Origin: Desulfatiglandales bacterium
GTDB lineage: Bacteria; Desulfobacterota; DSM-4660; Desulfatiglandales; Desulfatiglandaceae
Reading direction: 5' to 3'
Assembly: GCA_963662465.1 (NCBI GenBank)
Contig: OY759599.1
Span: 2,400,001-2,464,000, forward strand
Length of the DNA: 64,000 nt
A program made the position numbers and the translations under genes. Positions 27,427 through 36,822 of the stretch are shown here, one piece after another (position 1 is the first letter of the stretch; each line of letters begins with the position of its first letter). Below the pieces are notes generated by a model, which worked only from the letters and a program-made list of their open reading frames with translations, had not been told where the DNA came from and made no database searches.

Positions 27427-27714
27427 ATGATAGAAGCAACCGCTGCCGGTTTGCGTCTGAATGAGCAGCAAACCAGCCAACTCAATACATTGGGCGAGCA
27501 AACACAATGGGTGCGTCAAAACGATAAGGCAAGGGAGGCGCGCCCGGTTGAAAATGCCGAAAACGGTTCAAACGCAAAAATGAACCTAAAAAATGAAACC
27601 AAGACCGATACCATCATCGTAGAAAATGAGGTCGTCGTCGAAAAGTATGACGGCAATGGAAAATTAATTAATATGACCCCACCAGGATATGTGCCATTAA
27701 ACAAGATGATATAG
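27427..27714 (+). CDS. Small protein with a FlaG-like C-terminus
   Basis: Strong RBS GGGAGG. VVVEKYDGNGKLINMTPP resembles the FlaG motif V.VvD..tgevIRqIPp. Preceded by a sigma28-like promoter. Confidence 0.55.
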   Translation: MIEATAAGLRLNEQQTSQLNTLGEQTQWVRQNDKAREARPVENAENGSNAKMNLKNETKTDTIIVENEVVVEKYDGNGKLINMTPPGYVPLNKMI

Positions 27715-27768
27715 GGGGAAGAAACACCTTTCCGCTATGATGTCTTCCGGTCCTGGCGCCCTCCAATA

Positions 27769-27808
27769 AGACGAAGTGCTTCCACCCTTGGGGTGGGTGG
27801 CTTCGTCT
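27769..27808 (+). terminator. Interrupted hairpin downstream of the FlaG-like gene
   Basis: AGACGAAG/CTTCGTCT outer stem and CCACCC/GGGTGG inner stem; no immediate U-tract. Confidence 0.4.
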
Positions 27809-27841
27809 GCCCAAAAAGATCCCTCAAAAACCCCACTTTTT

Positions 27842-27871
27842 TTGCCTTTGAACATCATTTCATGCTAAAAT
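27842..27871 (+). promoter_or_regulatory. Candidate sigma70 promoter with extended -10 for the fliL unit
   Basis: TTGCCT-N18-TAAAAT with TG at -15/-14. Confidence 0.45.
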
Positions 27872-27943
27872 GGGGGATTTATGGCGTTAATGCCGGTAGC
27901 GCGGTGAAAAAAGAGGTTCGGTAAAGCTAATGAAAAGGAGAGG

Positions 27944-28471
27944 ATGATGGCAGACGACGATACGGACGAAATAGAAACAAACCCAAAAAAAAGCGGGGGT
28001 AGTGGATCAAAAACCCTCCTGATCATCATTATTGCCGCCTTTCTGCTATTCATGCTGATTGCGGGAGCAGGCTTTTTTATCCTTTGGAAAAAGCTGCCAA
28101 ATTCCGCGAATACCAAAACAGATACTGCCGAACAGGTCGCCCAGAAAGAACAATCGGCCCAGGCAGAGGTTGGGCCTGTTTATGATCTGCAGGCATTTGT
28201 CGTCAATCTGGCAGATCCGGGAGGGAATCGTTTTCTGAGGGTGAAAATGAGCCTTGAGGTCAAAGATGAGGAATTGCTTAAGCAGATGGACAAACAGCGC
28301 ATTCGCTTAAGGGATAAAATCCTGACAATCCTTTCCTCGAAAAATTATCAAAACGTGAACACGGTTCAAGGGAAAACCGAGTTACGGACCGAAATCGGCG
28401 CTGCGGTGGATGGCTTTTTTGAAAAAGGCGCCGTCAAAAATGTTTATTTTTCAGAGTTTGTCGTGGAATAG
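27944..28471 (+). CDS. fliL: Flagellar basal body-associated protein FliL
   Basis: Single N-terminal TM; FVVNLAD, RFLRV, LRDKIL, GKTELR and NVYFSEFVVE. Confidence 0.92.
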   Translation: MMADDDTDEIETNPKKSGGSGSKTLLIIIIAAFLLFMLIAGAGFFILWKKLPNSANTKTDTAEQVAQKEQSAQAEVGPVYDLQAFVVNLADPGGNRFLRVKMSLEVKDEELLKQMDKQRIRLRDKILTILSSKNYQNVNTVQGKTELRTEIGAAVDGFFEKGAVKNVYFSEFVVE

Positions 28472-28485
28472 GAACAAACGGAATA

Positions 28486-29889
28486 ATGGACGAAAAACGC
28501 CCAACGGAAGAGGAGAAGGATCCCCATGCCTTTACCGGTCTTTCCAGCGAAGAGACCGATGACCTTGATTTTAGTGAAAAGACGGATGAGGAAGAATTCG
28601 ATGACGCCTATCCGGACTGGGACGATGAAGAAGACAGCGCCCGAGGCAGTAAGAAACGTCAGATTGCCATAGGAATTCTGGCTGTCATTCTTGCATTTGC
28701 CTGCACGCTTTGGTGGCTAATGATCCATAAGGCGCCTGAAACAGCCGGCAATACGGATGCCTCCCATACGGCTTTTAAACAACAGATCGAGAAAAAGACA
28801 ACCGGGGTAACAGCCGGGCGCCTTGAAACCCTTGCCCAAGTCCAACATACAAAACAAGAGAATGAATCCCAAAACAATGGCCCGGCCGCAGCATCGTCAT
28901 CCTCCGGACTCGAACGCAAATTAGCGGAGGCAGCCAGGCTCAGAAGCGAATTGCTCAAGAAGCAGAAAGAAATACGCGATCTCCAACAGCTATACAGTGA
29001 GAGAATCAACGCAACGAAAATCGAAATCCTTCAAGAAAAACGAAATGCCCATGCGAACTCATTTGAGAAAGCAATCAAGGTGAAACGAATAGAATTCGGA
29101 CTTCGCACCATTCACCGACGGAATTCTTATATCGATAACCTGAATATTCCGGCAAATCAACTTCATGTGGCCGGCGAAGATCTTCTCTACATTCAGCGCC
29201 TGGCAGCCATTGAGATGCAAATGGTTGATGTTGTCAAAGGGATAGACCTGGTCAACTTGGAGAAACAGATCGACCGAATGATTCAAAAACATGTCGATGG
29301 CCTCAACCGGCTGGCCATGGAACCTGTTGCCGTCGCCCCCCCGGACCTGAAGGCGATCTGGGAAAAAACATTTCCTGAAAAAAAGACAGTCACAGCCCAA
29401 AAAGATATGGAGAAGGCGGAAAACCAATCTGAAATTCAAGTCCGGATTAACGCCCAGGTTCTGCTGGAAATCCGGAAAGGCGATCTATCTCGAAAACATG
29501 AACTGACATCGATTTCTTCTGAAACAGCGACCCATTTATCAAAATGGCAGGGCAAGGACCTGGTCCTGCAAGGGATATCTGAATTAACGCCTTCAACGGC
29601 AAAAATTCTGGCTCGCTGGAAAGGCAACTGGCTTTGTTTGAACGCGTTGAGAGAGATATCCCCCGAAACGGCAAAGTGCCTGTCTCAATGGCAAGGCAAA
29701 CGGCTTTCCCTGAATGGCCTTGCCTCTCTTTCCGAACAGGCCGCTAGTGAGCTATCCGAATGGAAGGGAACGGAACTGGAAATGGTTGGCCTTGCCAAAG
29801 CCTCCCCGGCAACACTCAAGTATCTGAACAAATGGCAAAATTCAGGCGGAAAAATCTATATGGCCGACAAATTTCAGAAAAACCCATAG
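28486..29889 (+). CDS. Hypothetical bitopic protein: acidic N-tail, one TM, coiled coil, unnamed domain and about five 24-aa LRR-like repeats
   Basis: Repeats of the type L..is.e.A..Ls.W.G..L.LnG at about 29503-29838; 14 bp after fliL. Confidence 0.8.
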   Translation: MDEKRPTEEEKDPHAFTGLSSEETDDLDFSEKTDEEEFDDAYPDWDDEEDSARGSKKRQIAIGILAVILAFACTLWWLMIHKAPETAGNTDASHTAFKQQIEKKTTGVTAGRLETLAQVQHTKQENESQNNGPAAASSSSGLERKLAEAARLRSELLKKQKEIRDLQQLYSERINATKIEILQEKRNAHANSFEKAIKVKRIEFGLRTIHRRNSYIDNLNIPANQLHVAGEDLLYIQRLAAIEMQMVDVVKGIDLVNLEKQIDRMIQKHVDGLNRLAMEPVAVAPPDLKAIWEKTFPEKKTVTAQKDMEKAENQSEIQVRINAQVLLEIRKGDLSRKHELTSISSETATHLSKWQGKDLVLQGISELTPSTAKILARWKGNWLCLNALREISPETAKCLSQWQGKRLSLNGLASLSEQAASELSEWKGTELEMVGLAKASPATLKYLNKWQNSGGKIYMADKFQKNP

Positions 29890-29895
29890 GAAATC

Positions 29896-30519
29896 ATGAA
29901 CAATGGCATTATTGAAGAAACGGGTCATCATTTGAAAAATCCTATTCCCATCATATCAGGAAACAGCCTCTGGGGAGCATGTCTCTTAATGCTCGTTTTT
30001 CTGGCGGAACCGCTGTTTGCAGCTGAAGCAAAGACTGACCTATTGAATAAAAAAATGATTGAAATCAATTTCATACAGGGAACAATTGAAAAAAAACTGC
30101 TCCTGGCCATTGAAATACGTAAAAAACTGAAGCATCGCATGGTTGATTTGGGAAAAGAGATTCTGGAAACACAAAAGCGCCTGAAAATTGCTTCATATAA
30201 AAAGGCCGCCGATTCCCCACGCATAAAGAATAACCTGATGCTTTTAGGACAACTCCACGCCTATCTCTCCAAACTCAATGCCGAAATTGAAAATCTGGAG
30301 ATCGGCCGAGCGAAACTGGCTTTTTTGTATCAACTGGCGGAGGATGACCTTAAAATCATTGAAACACTCAATCACATGAAAGTTGAAGGACTATTAACCG
30401 AAATAGACCGGACAATGGGTAAATATACGTCAGTCAATGGAAACTACTTATTTGAATCGAAAAACATGCTTTTACATAAACCCGAAAAAATCTGGCGGGA
30501 CCTTATGGCCAAGAATTAA
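29896..30519 (+). CDS. Hypothetical exported helical protein, paralogous to the central domain of the upstream gene
   Basis: Signal-like hydrophobic segment; shared residue pattern described in findings. Confidence 0.75.
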   Translation: MNNGIIEETGHHLKNPIPIISGNSLWGACLLMLVFLAEPLFAAEAKTDLLNKKMIEINFIQGTIEKKLLLAIEIRKKLKHRMVDLGKEILETQKRLKIASYKKAADSPRIKNNLMLLGQLHAYLSKLNAEIENLEIGRAKLAFLYQLAEDDLKIIETLNHMKVEGLLTEIDRTMGKYTSVNGNYLFESKNMLLHKPEKIWRDLMAKN

Positions 30520-30528
30520 TTCAGAGAA

Positions 30529-30801
30529 ATGGAAGATATACAAAAGGCGATCGCCCTAAAATACGACAAAAAAGAAAACGGCGCCCCCAAGGTTATCGGC
30601 AAGGGAAAAGGCATCATCGCGGAACAGATTATCGCCATCGCCAAAAAAAACAAACTCCCTATTTATCCGGACAGAGATCTGGTTCAGGTATTGGAAGCAC
30701 TCGATCTTGACTTTGAAATTCCCCCCGATCTATACCGCGCCGTGGCGGAGGTGCTTGTTTTCATCTATGACATGAATCAGAAATTCGAAGAAACACCATA
30801 A
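30529..30801 (+). CDS. Stand-alone FlhB C-terminal-like (EscU/YscU family) protein
   Basis: KAIALKY...APKVIGKGKG.IAEQII..A and IPPDLYRAVAEVL. Confidence 0.9.
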   Translation: MEDIQKAIALKYDKKENGAPKVIGKGKGIIAEQIIAIAKKNKLPIYPDRDLVQVLEALDLDFEIPPDLYRAVAEVLVFIYDMNQKFEETP

Positions 30802-30835
30802 AGCGCCCCTGCAATAGGGGAAATATTGAAAATGA

Positions 30836-31387
30836 ATGATGGAAATTGTAAAATGCTATAAGATTCTGGAGCTCAAAAACGGGGCCTCCATGAATGATGC
30901 AAAACAGGCCTACAAGGATATGGTCAGGGTTTGGCATCCGGATCGCTTTGCCGGAAATCCGAGACTCAGGGCGAAAGCTGATGAAAAACTGAAAGAAATA
31001 AATCTTGCGTATGGCGAAATCCATAATTTCCTGTTAAAAGACTTTGCGGAAGTTCCAAATACTGGAAAGACCAAGGTGACAAAAAGTCTATTCACAGTAA
31101 AATTCAATTTATCGTTGTTGAAAAGAATTATTTTTTTTGTATGTTCACATATTTATTCATTCATAATGAACGTAAATTTGAAACAGGTCTATCGAGAAGT
31201 AATGTTCTCCAAAATCAATTTTGGAAAAATACCCAGTGGGAACAGAGAACGACAAAGCATCAAATTCCAGAGGGATACGACAAGGAGAGACAAAGCACAG
31301 GTAAAGCATAAGCATTTTTCAGAGGTCCTAAAAGAAGTGGGAAAGACCAAAAAAAGGACAAAGGGGAAATATGGTGGCAAAGAGTAA
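30836..31387 (+). CDS. J-domain (DnaJ-like) protein with a basic C-terminus
   Basis: YKILEL, KQAYKDMVRVWHPDR and KLKEINLAY. Confidence 0.85.
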   Translation: MMEIVKCYKILELKNGASMNDAKQAYKDMVRVWHPDRFAGNPRLRAKADEKLKEINLAYGEIHNFLLKDFAEVPNTGKTKVTKSLFTVKFNLSLLKRIIFFVCSHIYSFIMNVNLKQVYREVMFSKINFGKIPSGNRERQSIKFQRDTTRRDKAQVKHKHFSEVLKEVGKTKKRTKGKYGGKE

Positions 31388-31480
31388 AATTAACCGGCAC
31401 AACTACAACATATTGATCCATAATTAACAAAAACACAATATGTCAGATGTAATGCAGAGAAATTTTGAGGAATAAGTCTC

Positions 31481-32221
31481 TTGAATATCTTATCCATACT
31501 GGAAATATCCGAGGCATGCGAGGTTCTTTTCGGCTCTGAGGTAGAGGCATCCATTGAATTCCTAAAATACCTTCAACCATCGGGACTTCGATCGGCCTAC
31601 CGAAAGAAAGCCCTTGAAACACACCCGGATCGTTCAGCGGCCATTCGGAAGGACAAAGCGGCAATGAGCAATGGTTTCATAGAGGCGACCCTGGCGTATG
31701 AAAAACTCAGGCCTCTTGTCGGGGGCAACACATCTTTCCGGCTGGAAACACGTTCAAAAAAAACCACCTGTCATAAAAAACCAACTGAACGACAAAACGG
31801 TTTTTCCCGTTCCTTCAGTAACCGCAATATTCCCAGACGGAAATTGTTGATCGGACAATTCCTTTACTATTCCGGCCTTATTTCATGGCAGACGCTTATT
31901 GATGCCATCGTCTGGCAGCGAAGACACCGCCCTCTCATCGGAGAGATCGCGCTTGACTGGCGGATGCTCACAAACAAAGAGATTCAGCGGGTTTTGAATT
32001 GGAAAAGTTTCAGCGAAAAATTCGGTGAAAGGGCCATTCGGCTCGGCTATTTAAGCCGTTTTGAACTTATGGCGCTTTTGGGCAAACAACGACGCCTTCG
32101 ATATCCCATCGGAGAATATTTTGTGCGACAAGGAATACTCCACCCAAAAGACATAGAAATCATTGTCGAAAAACATCGCACCCATAACCATAACATGGCC
32201 CCGGGAAAAAAAGGGCATTGA
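31481..32221 (+). CDS. J-domain protein with C-terminal MshEN-like repeats
   Basis: SAYRKKALETHPDR followed by four x(I/F)G(E/Q)xxxxxGx(L/I)-type units. Confidence 0.8.
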   Translation: MNILSILEISEACEVLFGSEVEASIEFLKYLQPSGLRSAYRKKALETHPDRSAAIRKDKAAMSNGFIEATLAYEKLRPLVGGNTSFRLETRSKKTTCHKKPTERQNGFSRSFSNRNIPRRKLLIGQFLYYSGLISWQTLIDAIVWQRRHRPLIGEIALDWRMLTNKEIQRVLNWKSFSEKFGERAIRLGYLSRFELMALLGKQRRLRYPIGEYFVRQGILHPKDIEIIVEKHRTHNHNMAPGKKGH

Positions 32222-32258
32222 TAGAAGAACTTAAAACCTAAAACTGCGGCTTGCCGCT

Positions 32259-33206
32259 TTATTTACCCCCTACAAGGCTTTTTGCAAAAATAATAAACGA
32301 CTTCTCATGCAGTTTTTTCTGTAAAACTTCTTTTTTTATAATAGCCAGAGCCTTTAACGGTGGAACGGGTGCTTTATAGGGCCGCCAATTGGATAAGGCC
32401 TCATAGACATCCGCAATGGCCAAGGCCCTCGATACCGGAGATATGGCGCTTTCTTTCAACCCATTTGGATAACCTGAACCATCCGATCTCTCATGATGCT
32501 CCAGAGCGGCAATTTGAATTTTCGGGTTCAGCTTGCTTTGCCTCAAAATCTCATAACCGTAACGGGAATGATTTTTGACCTCCTCAAATTCCTCTTCGGT
32601 CAATTTACGCGGCGCTTTCAGAATTCCACTGGGCAGTCGAACCTTCCCCACATCATGGAGCAACCCCATGAGACCAAATAATTTCAAATCTTTATAGGCG
32701 AAGTTGCATTGGCGCGCATACCGGAGACAATACAGCATGACATTTACCGAGTGAACGGAGGTCGAAAAATCCTTTGCCGTGACCTCGATCAATCTTTTCA
32801 CCACGTTTGCATCCGCAAGATATTCCTCCAAAACCAGGTCGATAGTCTCTTTCATATTGTCAAAAACTTCAGGTTCCGGAGTCGAAGCAGCGATATCCAG
32901 GACTCTGGCCATAAGCTTTTTCGATTCAAGCGGATTGGTTTTCAGAATATGTTTCAGTTTTTTGTTGTATTTTATCTGCTGAGAGGTAATGTAATGGATC
33001 TGATCCGATACCGAAATATATAGTGATTCAGGCAGGGTTTCGTTTCTCAGGCGAAGAGCGTCGATGACTCGCCCTCTGGGTTTGTAAAGGACAAAATTTT
33101 GAGATCTGGCATCAAAGGTATAGGCATTATAATCGCTATAATTTCCAATATCCTTGGATATCTCCACCATTTTTTTTCTTTTGATTTCTTTTAGAATGTC
33201 CTTCAT
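32259..33206 (-). CDS. HD-GYP domain protein (cyclic dinucleotide phosphodiesterase family)
   Basis: HSVNV, LHDVGK, HHERSDGSGYP, ADVYEAL and RPYK. Confidence 0.92.
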   Translation of the reverse strand: MKDILKEIKRKKMVEISKDIGNYSDYNAYTFDARSQNFVLYKPRGRVIDALRLRNETLPESLYISVSDQIHYITSQQIKYNKKLKHILKTNPLESKKLMARVLDIAASTPEPEVFDNMKETIDLVLEEYLADANVVKRLIEVTAKDFSTSVHSVNVMLYCLRYARQCNFAYKDLKLFGLMGLLHDVGKVRLPSGILKAPRKLTEEEFEEVKNHSRYGYEILRQSKLNPKIQIAALEHHERSDGSGYPNGLKESAISPVSRALAIADVYEALSNWRPYKAPVPPLKALAIIKKEVLQKKLHEKSFIIFAKSLVGGK

Positions 33207-33253
33207 GTTATATGTTTACACAAATTCTCGATTAAAAAACAACGGAATAAGGG

Positions 33254-34180
33254 CTATCGCGGCAAACAATTTTCCCCTCTTTCTTTCACAAAAATTTTCA
33301 TATCGCGCTTAACCAGTACGGACGCCTGCTCCAACAAGTTAAAAAATATTTCTCCAAATCCCCTGGTTTGCATCCCTGCCCGTGATTCTTCCTGGTATCG
33401 CTTGCGTCCTTCCTTGACGGTCCCCTCAAGTCTATCAAGAATTTCCCGAGCATTCATTCCGTCCGGCAACGAAAAATCCGCAACAATCTTGAATGCCCGC
33501 CTCGATATGAAGACCAGTTGAAAGTTGGATCTGTCGGAAACAACCGGTTCTTCCATATCATGTAATCTGATGGCTTCACAGATATCTTCCGGAATCTTGA
33601 ACTTCTTCAAAATAAATGCGCCCACCTCACCATGAGTAGCCCCCAAAACCCGCTGCTCGGCATCTCTGGTAGATAGGTGCTCAAACATCTTCAAATCATT
33701 TATTTCATTGAACTTATCCTCAAAATATACGGCTGTCAGGAATTTCCCAATATTTTGCAGCATGGCAACGGTAAAGAGGTCTTCCGGCCTTTCAAAGCCA
33801 AGGATTTCACCCAGGACCTTTGCCACGGCCGCACAAAAATGGGCCTGGGCCTGAAATTTCTTAAAACTGAAGTTCAATAAACCCAAGTGCCGAACAAGGT
33901 GATTCATGAGAACAGCCGACTTAAGGGTCTTTTTCATCCGGCTGTAGCCGAGCACTCTGACAGCATAGCTAATGGATCTGACTTCCCTGCCGGGATAGAC
34001 CGAATTGGCCATTTGGAGAAAACTCGCGGCAATATCCGGCGACAACTTTTCAGCAATCTGCTCAAAGTTGCTGTCAGGATCATCCAGCAGGGATATGACC
34101 TCGGACACGGCAACATCAACCAATGGTAAATTTTCAATTTTTTTGTCGATCCCGGCCAGTGCCGCATTGCTGTTTTTCAT
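33254..34180 (-). CDS. HDOD domain protein with degenerate HD motif
   Basis: IENLP, LQMANS, QNIGK in place of HDIGK, and THGEVG. Confidence 0.85.
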   Translation of the reverse strand: MKNSNAALAGIDKKIENLPLVDVAVSEVISLLDDPDSNFEQIAEKLSPDIAASFLQMANSVYPGREVRSISYAVRVLGYSRMKKTLKSAVLMNHLVRHLGLLNFSFKKFQAQAHFCAAVAKVLGEILGFERPEDLFTVAMLQNIGKFLTAVYFEDKFNEINDLKMFEHLSTRDAEQRVLGATHGEVGAFILKKFKIPEDICEAIRLHDMEEPVVSDRSNFQLVFISRRAFKIVADFSLPDGMNAREILDRLEGTVKEGRKRYQEESRAGMQTRGFGEIFFNLLEQASVLVKRDMKIFVKERGENCLPR

Positions 34181-34431
34181 AGACGATTTCTCGGTTCAAA
34201 GCAATCAGGGAATCACCACTCTACAATATGTTTCAATTCTTTTCAAGCAACGGCTCGTTCGAATTTTTCAAAAAAAACAGACCGTCACGCAGAAAGCATC
34301 CCCTTTAACGTTTTTAAGGTTCAAAAAACCGGAGCATCATGATAATCATGGCAAACAACTTCCAAGTTATGAAAAAATAACCGTTTAGCAGAATTGGGTT
34401 TTATTCAATCGAGGCATTTTAAAAATTCAAA

Positions 34432-35610
34432 ATGAATATTTTCTCCAACCTAAGATTACACCTAGATACCAAATTTGAGGCGCTAAAGACCGGGCAGGAC
34501 AAGCTTCGCCTGGGAGACCAACTTACGGGTCGGGTACTTGAAGTTAAAGGCCAGGGACTCGCCCTGTTTGACTTCACCAGAATGAAAGCTTGGGCGCAAG
34601 TCGCATTCCCCGTCAAAAAAGGGGAAGTGATAGAGGTTTCAGTGGTCGAAAAGGGGCCTCAACTAAAATTGAAATTGCTTGATCCAAGCCGGAAAGCTGC
34701 CTCTTATGCAAGCAGGGTGTTTGCCATTTCCGAGTTTCCCGCTGAAAAAACGTTAAAAAGCCTTCAATCCGAAATAAAAAAAATTATGGCCACCCAAGGG
34801 CGGATGCTTGAGTTACCGACCATGCCCCGCCACGTTCAAACAAGTATTGTAAGAATCGCCTCCCATTTTCAGCAACTGAATATGGGTGAAAAAGTTTCGG
34901 AGCTAAGTTCACAACTAAGATCATATATAGAGAATTCCGGCGCTTTTTTTGAAAAAAAGATCGAAAACGCAATTGGAAAGCTACAGCCGGCAGACAGAGA
35001 GATATCTTCAAAAGATCTGCATCAATCTTCCGAGATAAAGGATATTATCAAAAACGATTTAAAACCCAACCTATTTATTCTCAAGTATTTTTTTGATAAA
35101 AATGAAATGAAATCTGCGGGGGAAAACGAAAACCATCTAAAAAACCTCAAACCATTGATCAACCGGATACTGGAAGATCTTGGCCTTCAACAGGGAAAGG
35201 CAATTGACGCACAGCAGAAACAAAAAGCGGAGGGCAGTCAGATCATCACCTTTGCGCTCCCCCTGAGGGAGGAAAATCATAGCGGCAAACTGAGAATCTA
35301 TTATGCCGGGAAAAGTAAAAATGGACCCAAAGAAGGATTTAAAATGTCGCTGCTCCTCCAAATGGAAAAAATCGGCGACATCAGGACTGATTTTTTTCTA
35401 CTGAACAAAGATTTGAGAATAACATTTTACATAAATGATCATAAAATCAAAAAAATCATCACTGCTCATGCGGATTTGATAAAAAAGCCACTGACTGAGC
35501 ATTTCAGCCATCTAATGTTGGATGTGGTCGTTTCGGAAAGAAAAATCGAAGAATTCAAGATTGAACATCTTATGAGCGAAAATACAAGCCTGCTGGATTT
35601 AAGGGTTTGA
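34432..35610 (+). CDS. FliK-like (hook-length control C-terminal domain) protein
   Basis: N-terminal G..L.GRV beta motif, IENSGAFFEKK, and C-terminal L.MEKIG.IRTDF.L....L.ITFY...LLDLRV. Confidence 0.65.
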   Translation: MNIFSNLRLHLDTKFEALKTGQDKLRLGDQLTGRVLEVKGQGLALFDFTRMKAWAQVAFPVKKGEVIEVSVVEKGPQLKLKLLDPSRKAASYASRVFAISEFPAEKTLKSLQSEIKKIMATQGRMLELPTMPRHVQTSIVRIASHFQQLNMGEKVSELSSQLRSYIENSGAFFEKKIENAIGKLQPADREISSKDLHQSSEIKDIIKNDLKPNLFILKYFFDKNEMKSAGENENHLKNLKPLINRILEDLGLQQGKAIDAQQKQKAEGSQIITFALPLREENHSGKLRIYYAGKSKNGPKEGFKMSLLLQMEKIGDIRTDFFLLNKDLRITFYINDHKIKKIITAHADLIKKPLTEHFSHLMLDVVVSERKIEEFKIEHLMSENTSLLDLRV

Positions 35611-35747
35611 ATCGCACGCCTTTGGGTGAAAAGAAAGGACAAATGACGTCAATAATTTGACGCCGCAAAACCCCGCCCTTTTGTCTAATCTCGACGTCAG
35701 GCCCAAATTTCAAGCATCAAAACATCCGGGCGGATCGAAAAAGAATC

Positions 35748-36485
35748 TCAAGCGTTTATGTTAATCCGTTCCTTCAAAATTTTCCGTTGCAGTTCGTAAA
35801 CCAAGTCCACAAGAGCCGTTTCCTCGGACTTTTCCATTCCCGTAAATTCAAAGGCATACTGGTATTTTTTATCAGAAATTTCCTTATTGCACCTTCTCAC
35901 AGTGCCTTCCTCAATACGTATTCGAACAGGCGCCTGATCCAGCTCAGCTTCCAGCGTAAGACCTTTTACCGTATCACCAACGGCCCATGGGGGATCTTCC
36001 TGGGCCGACCCGGTGAAAACAGCAAGTTCACCATGAATTCCCCCAATACTAATGTCAATGGCCGTCATTTTGTAATGTCCCGCACCCACTGTCAGGACAA
36101 GTTTTGTTTGCAGCGGGAGTTCCAGCCTGAAATATTTTCGCCGCTGTCTTCGTTCGATAAGCTCCGGAAATTTATGCCAGATGCCGTCCCTGGCGATTTT
36201 CCAGCCGGACGTTCGAAAAACATATTGGATATTGTCTTTTCCAAAAAATTCAACCCTTATTCGCCATGTCTTCTTTCCATCAACCACTGCCTTAAACGAT
36301 TGGGAAGGCTCTGTTCGAAAATAGGGTTCTCCCCGTCGTGTTCGAATTCCGGTAACATGGGTCAGCCGCTCGTAATCCCCATCCAAAAGAACCATATGGA
36401 CAGGAGTTCGATAGCTCTTGAGTTCCTCAAAGACCTTAAACCGGGTTTTATCCTGTATAATTTCGGTTTCTGCCATTAATGCCAA
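35748..36485 (-). CDS. PilZ-domain c-di-GMP receptor (YcgR/flagellar-brake-like)
   Basis: RxxxR (QRRKYFR) and DxSxGG (DISIGG) motifs after an N-terminal beta domain. Confidence 0.88.
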   Translation of the reverse strand: MALMAETEIIQDKTRFKVFEELKSYRTPVHMVLLDGDYERLTHVTGIRTRRGEPYFRTEPSQSFKAVVDGKKTWRIRVEFFGKDNIQYVFRTSGWKIARDGIWHKFPELIERRQRRKYFRLELPLQTKLVLTVGAGHYKMTAIDISIGGIHGELAVFTGSAQEDPPWAVGDTVKGLTLEAELDQAPVRIRIEEGTVRRCNKEISDKKYQYAFEFTGMEKSEETALVDLVYELQRKILKERININA

Positions 36486-36744
36486 AGATTCCCTTTTCAG
36501 TTTACCCTGTTAACGGGCTATATTTTGAAATTCCGTCGTCATCATTGCAGCGCGACACCTGAACCCATCAAAGGGTCAGTTTTCTTTGTGAGGTATGATG
36601 ATCGGCCACAAAAATTAACCTCTATTATATGGTAGTTATGGACTATTTCATCCTGCATGTCAATGGGAATTGCAGTCTTCCAGAAATTCCGTGCCTGATG
36701 ACCCAAACACAAATGGATCTTCAAAATAATGCATCGCATAGGGA

Positions 36745-36760
36745 TGGCGTAAAATTTGCA
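36745..36760 (+). promoter_or_regulatory. Sigma54 promoter
   Basis: TGGCGTAAAATTTGCA with GG-N10-GC, 62 bp upstream of the 36823 start. Confidence 0.7.
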
Positions 36761-36822
36761 TAGATTATGGCGACATCTAAAAAACAGTCACCTTCAAGGG
36801 TCAAAATTCCGGGGAAAGATTT

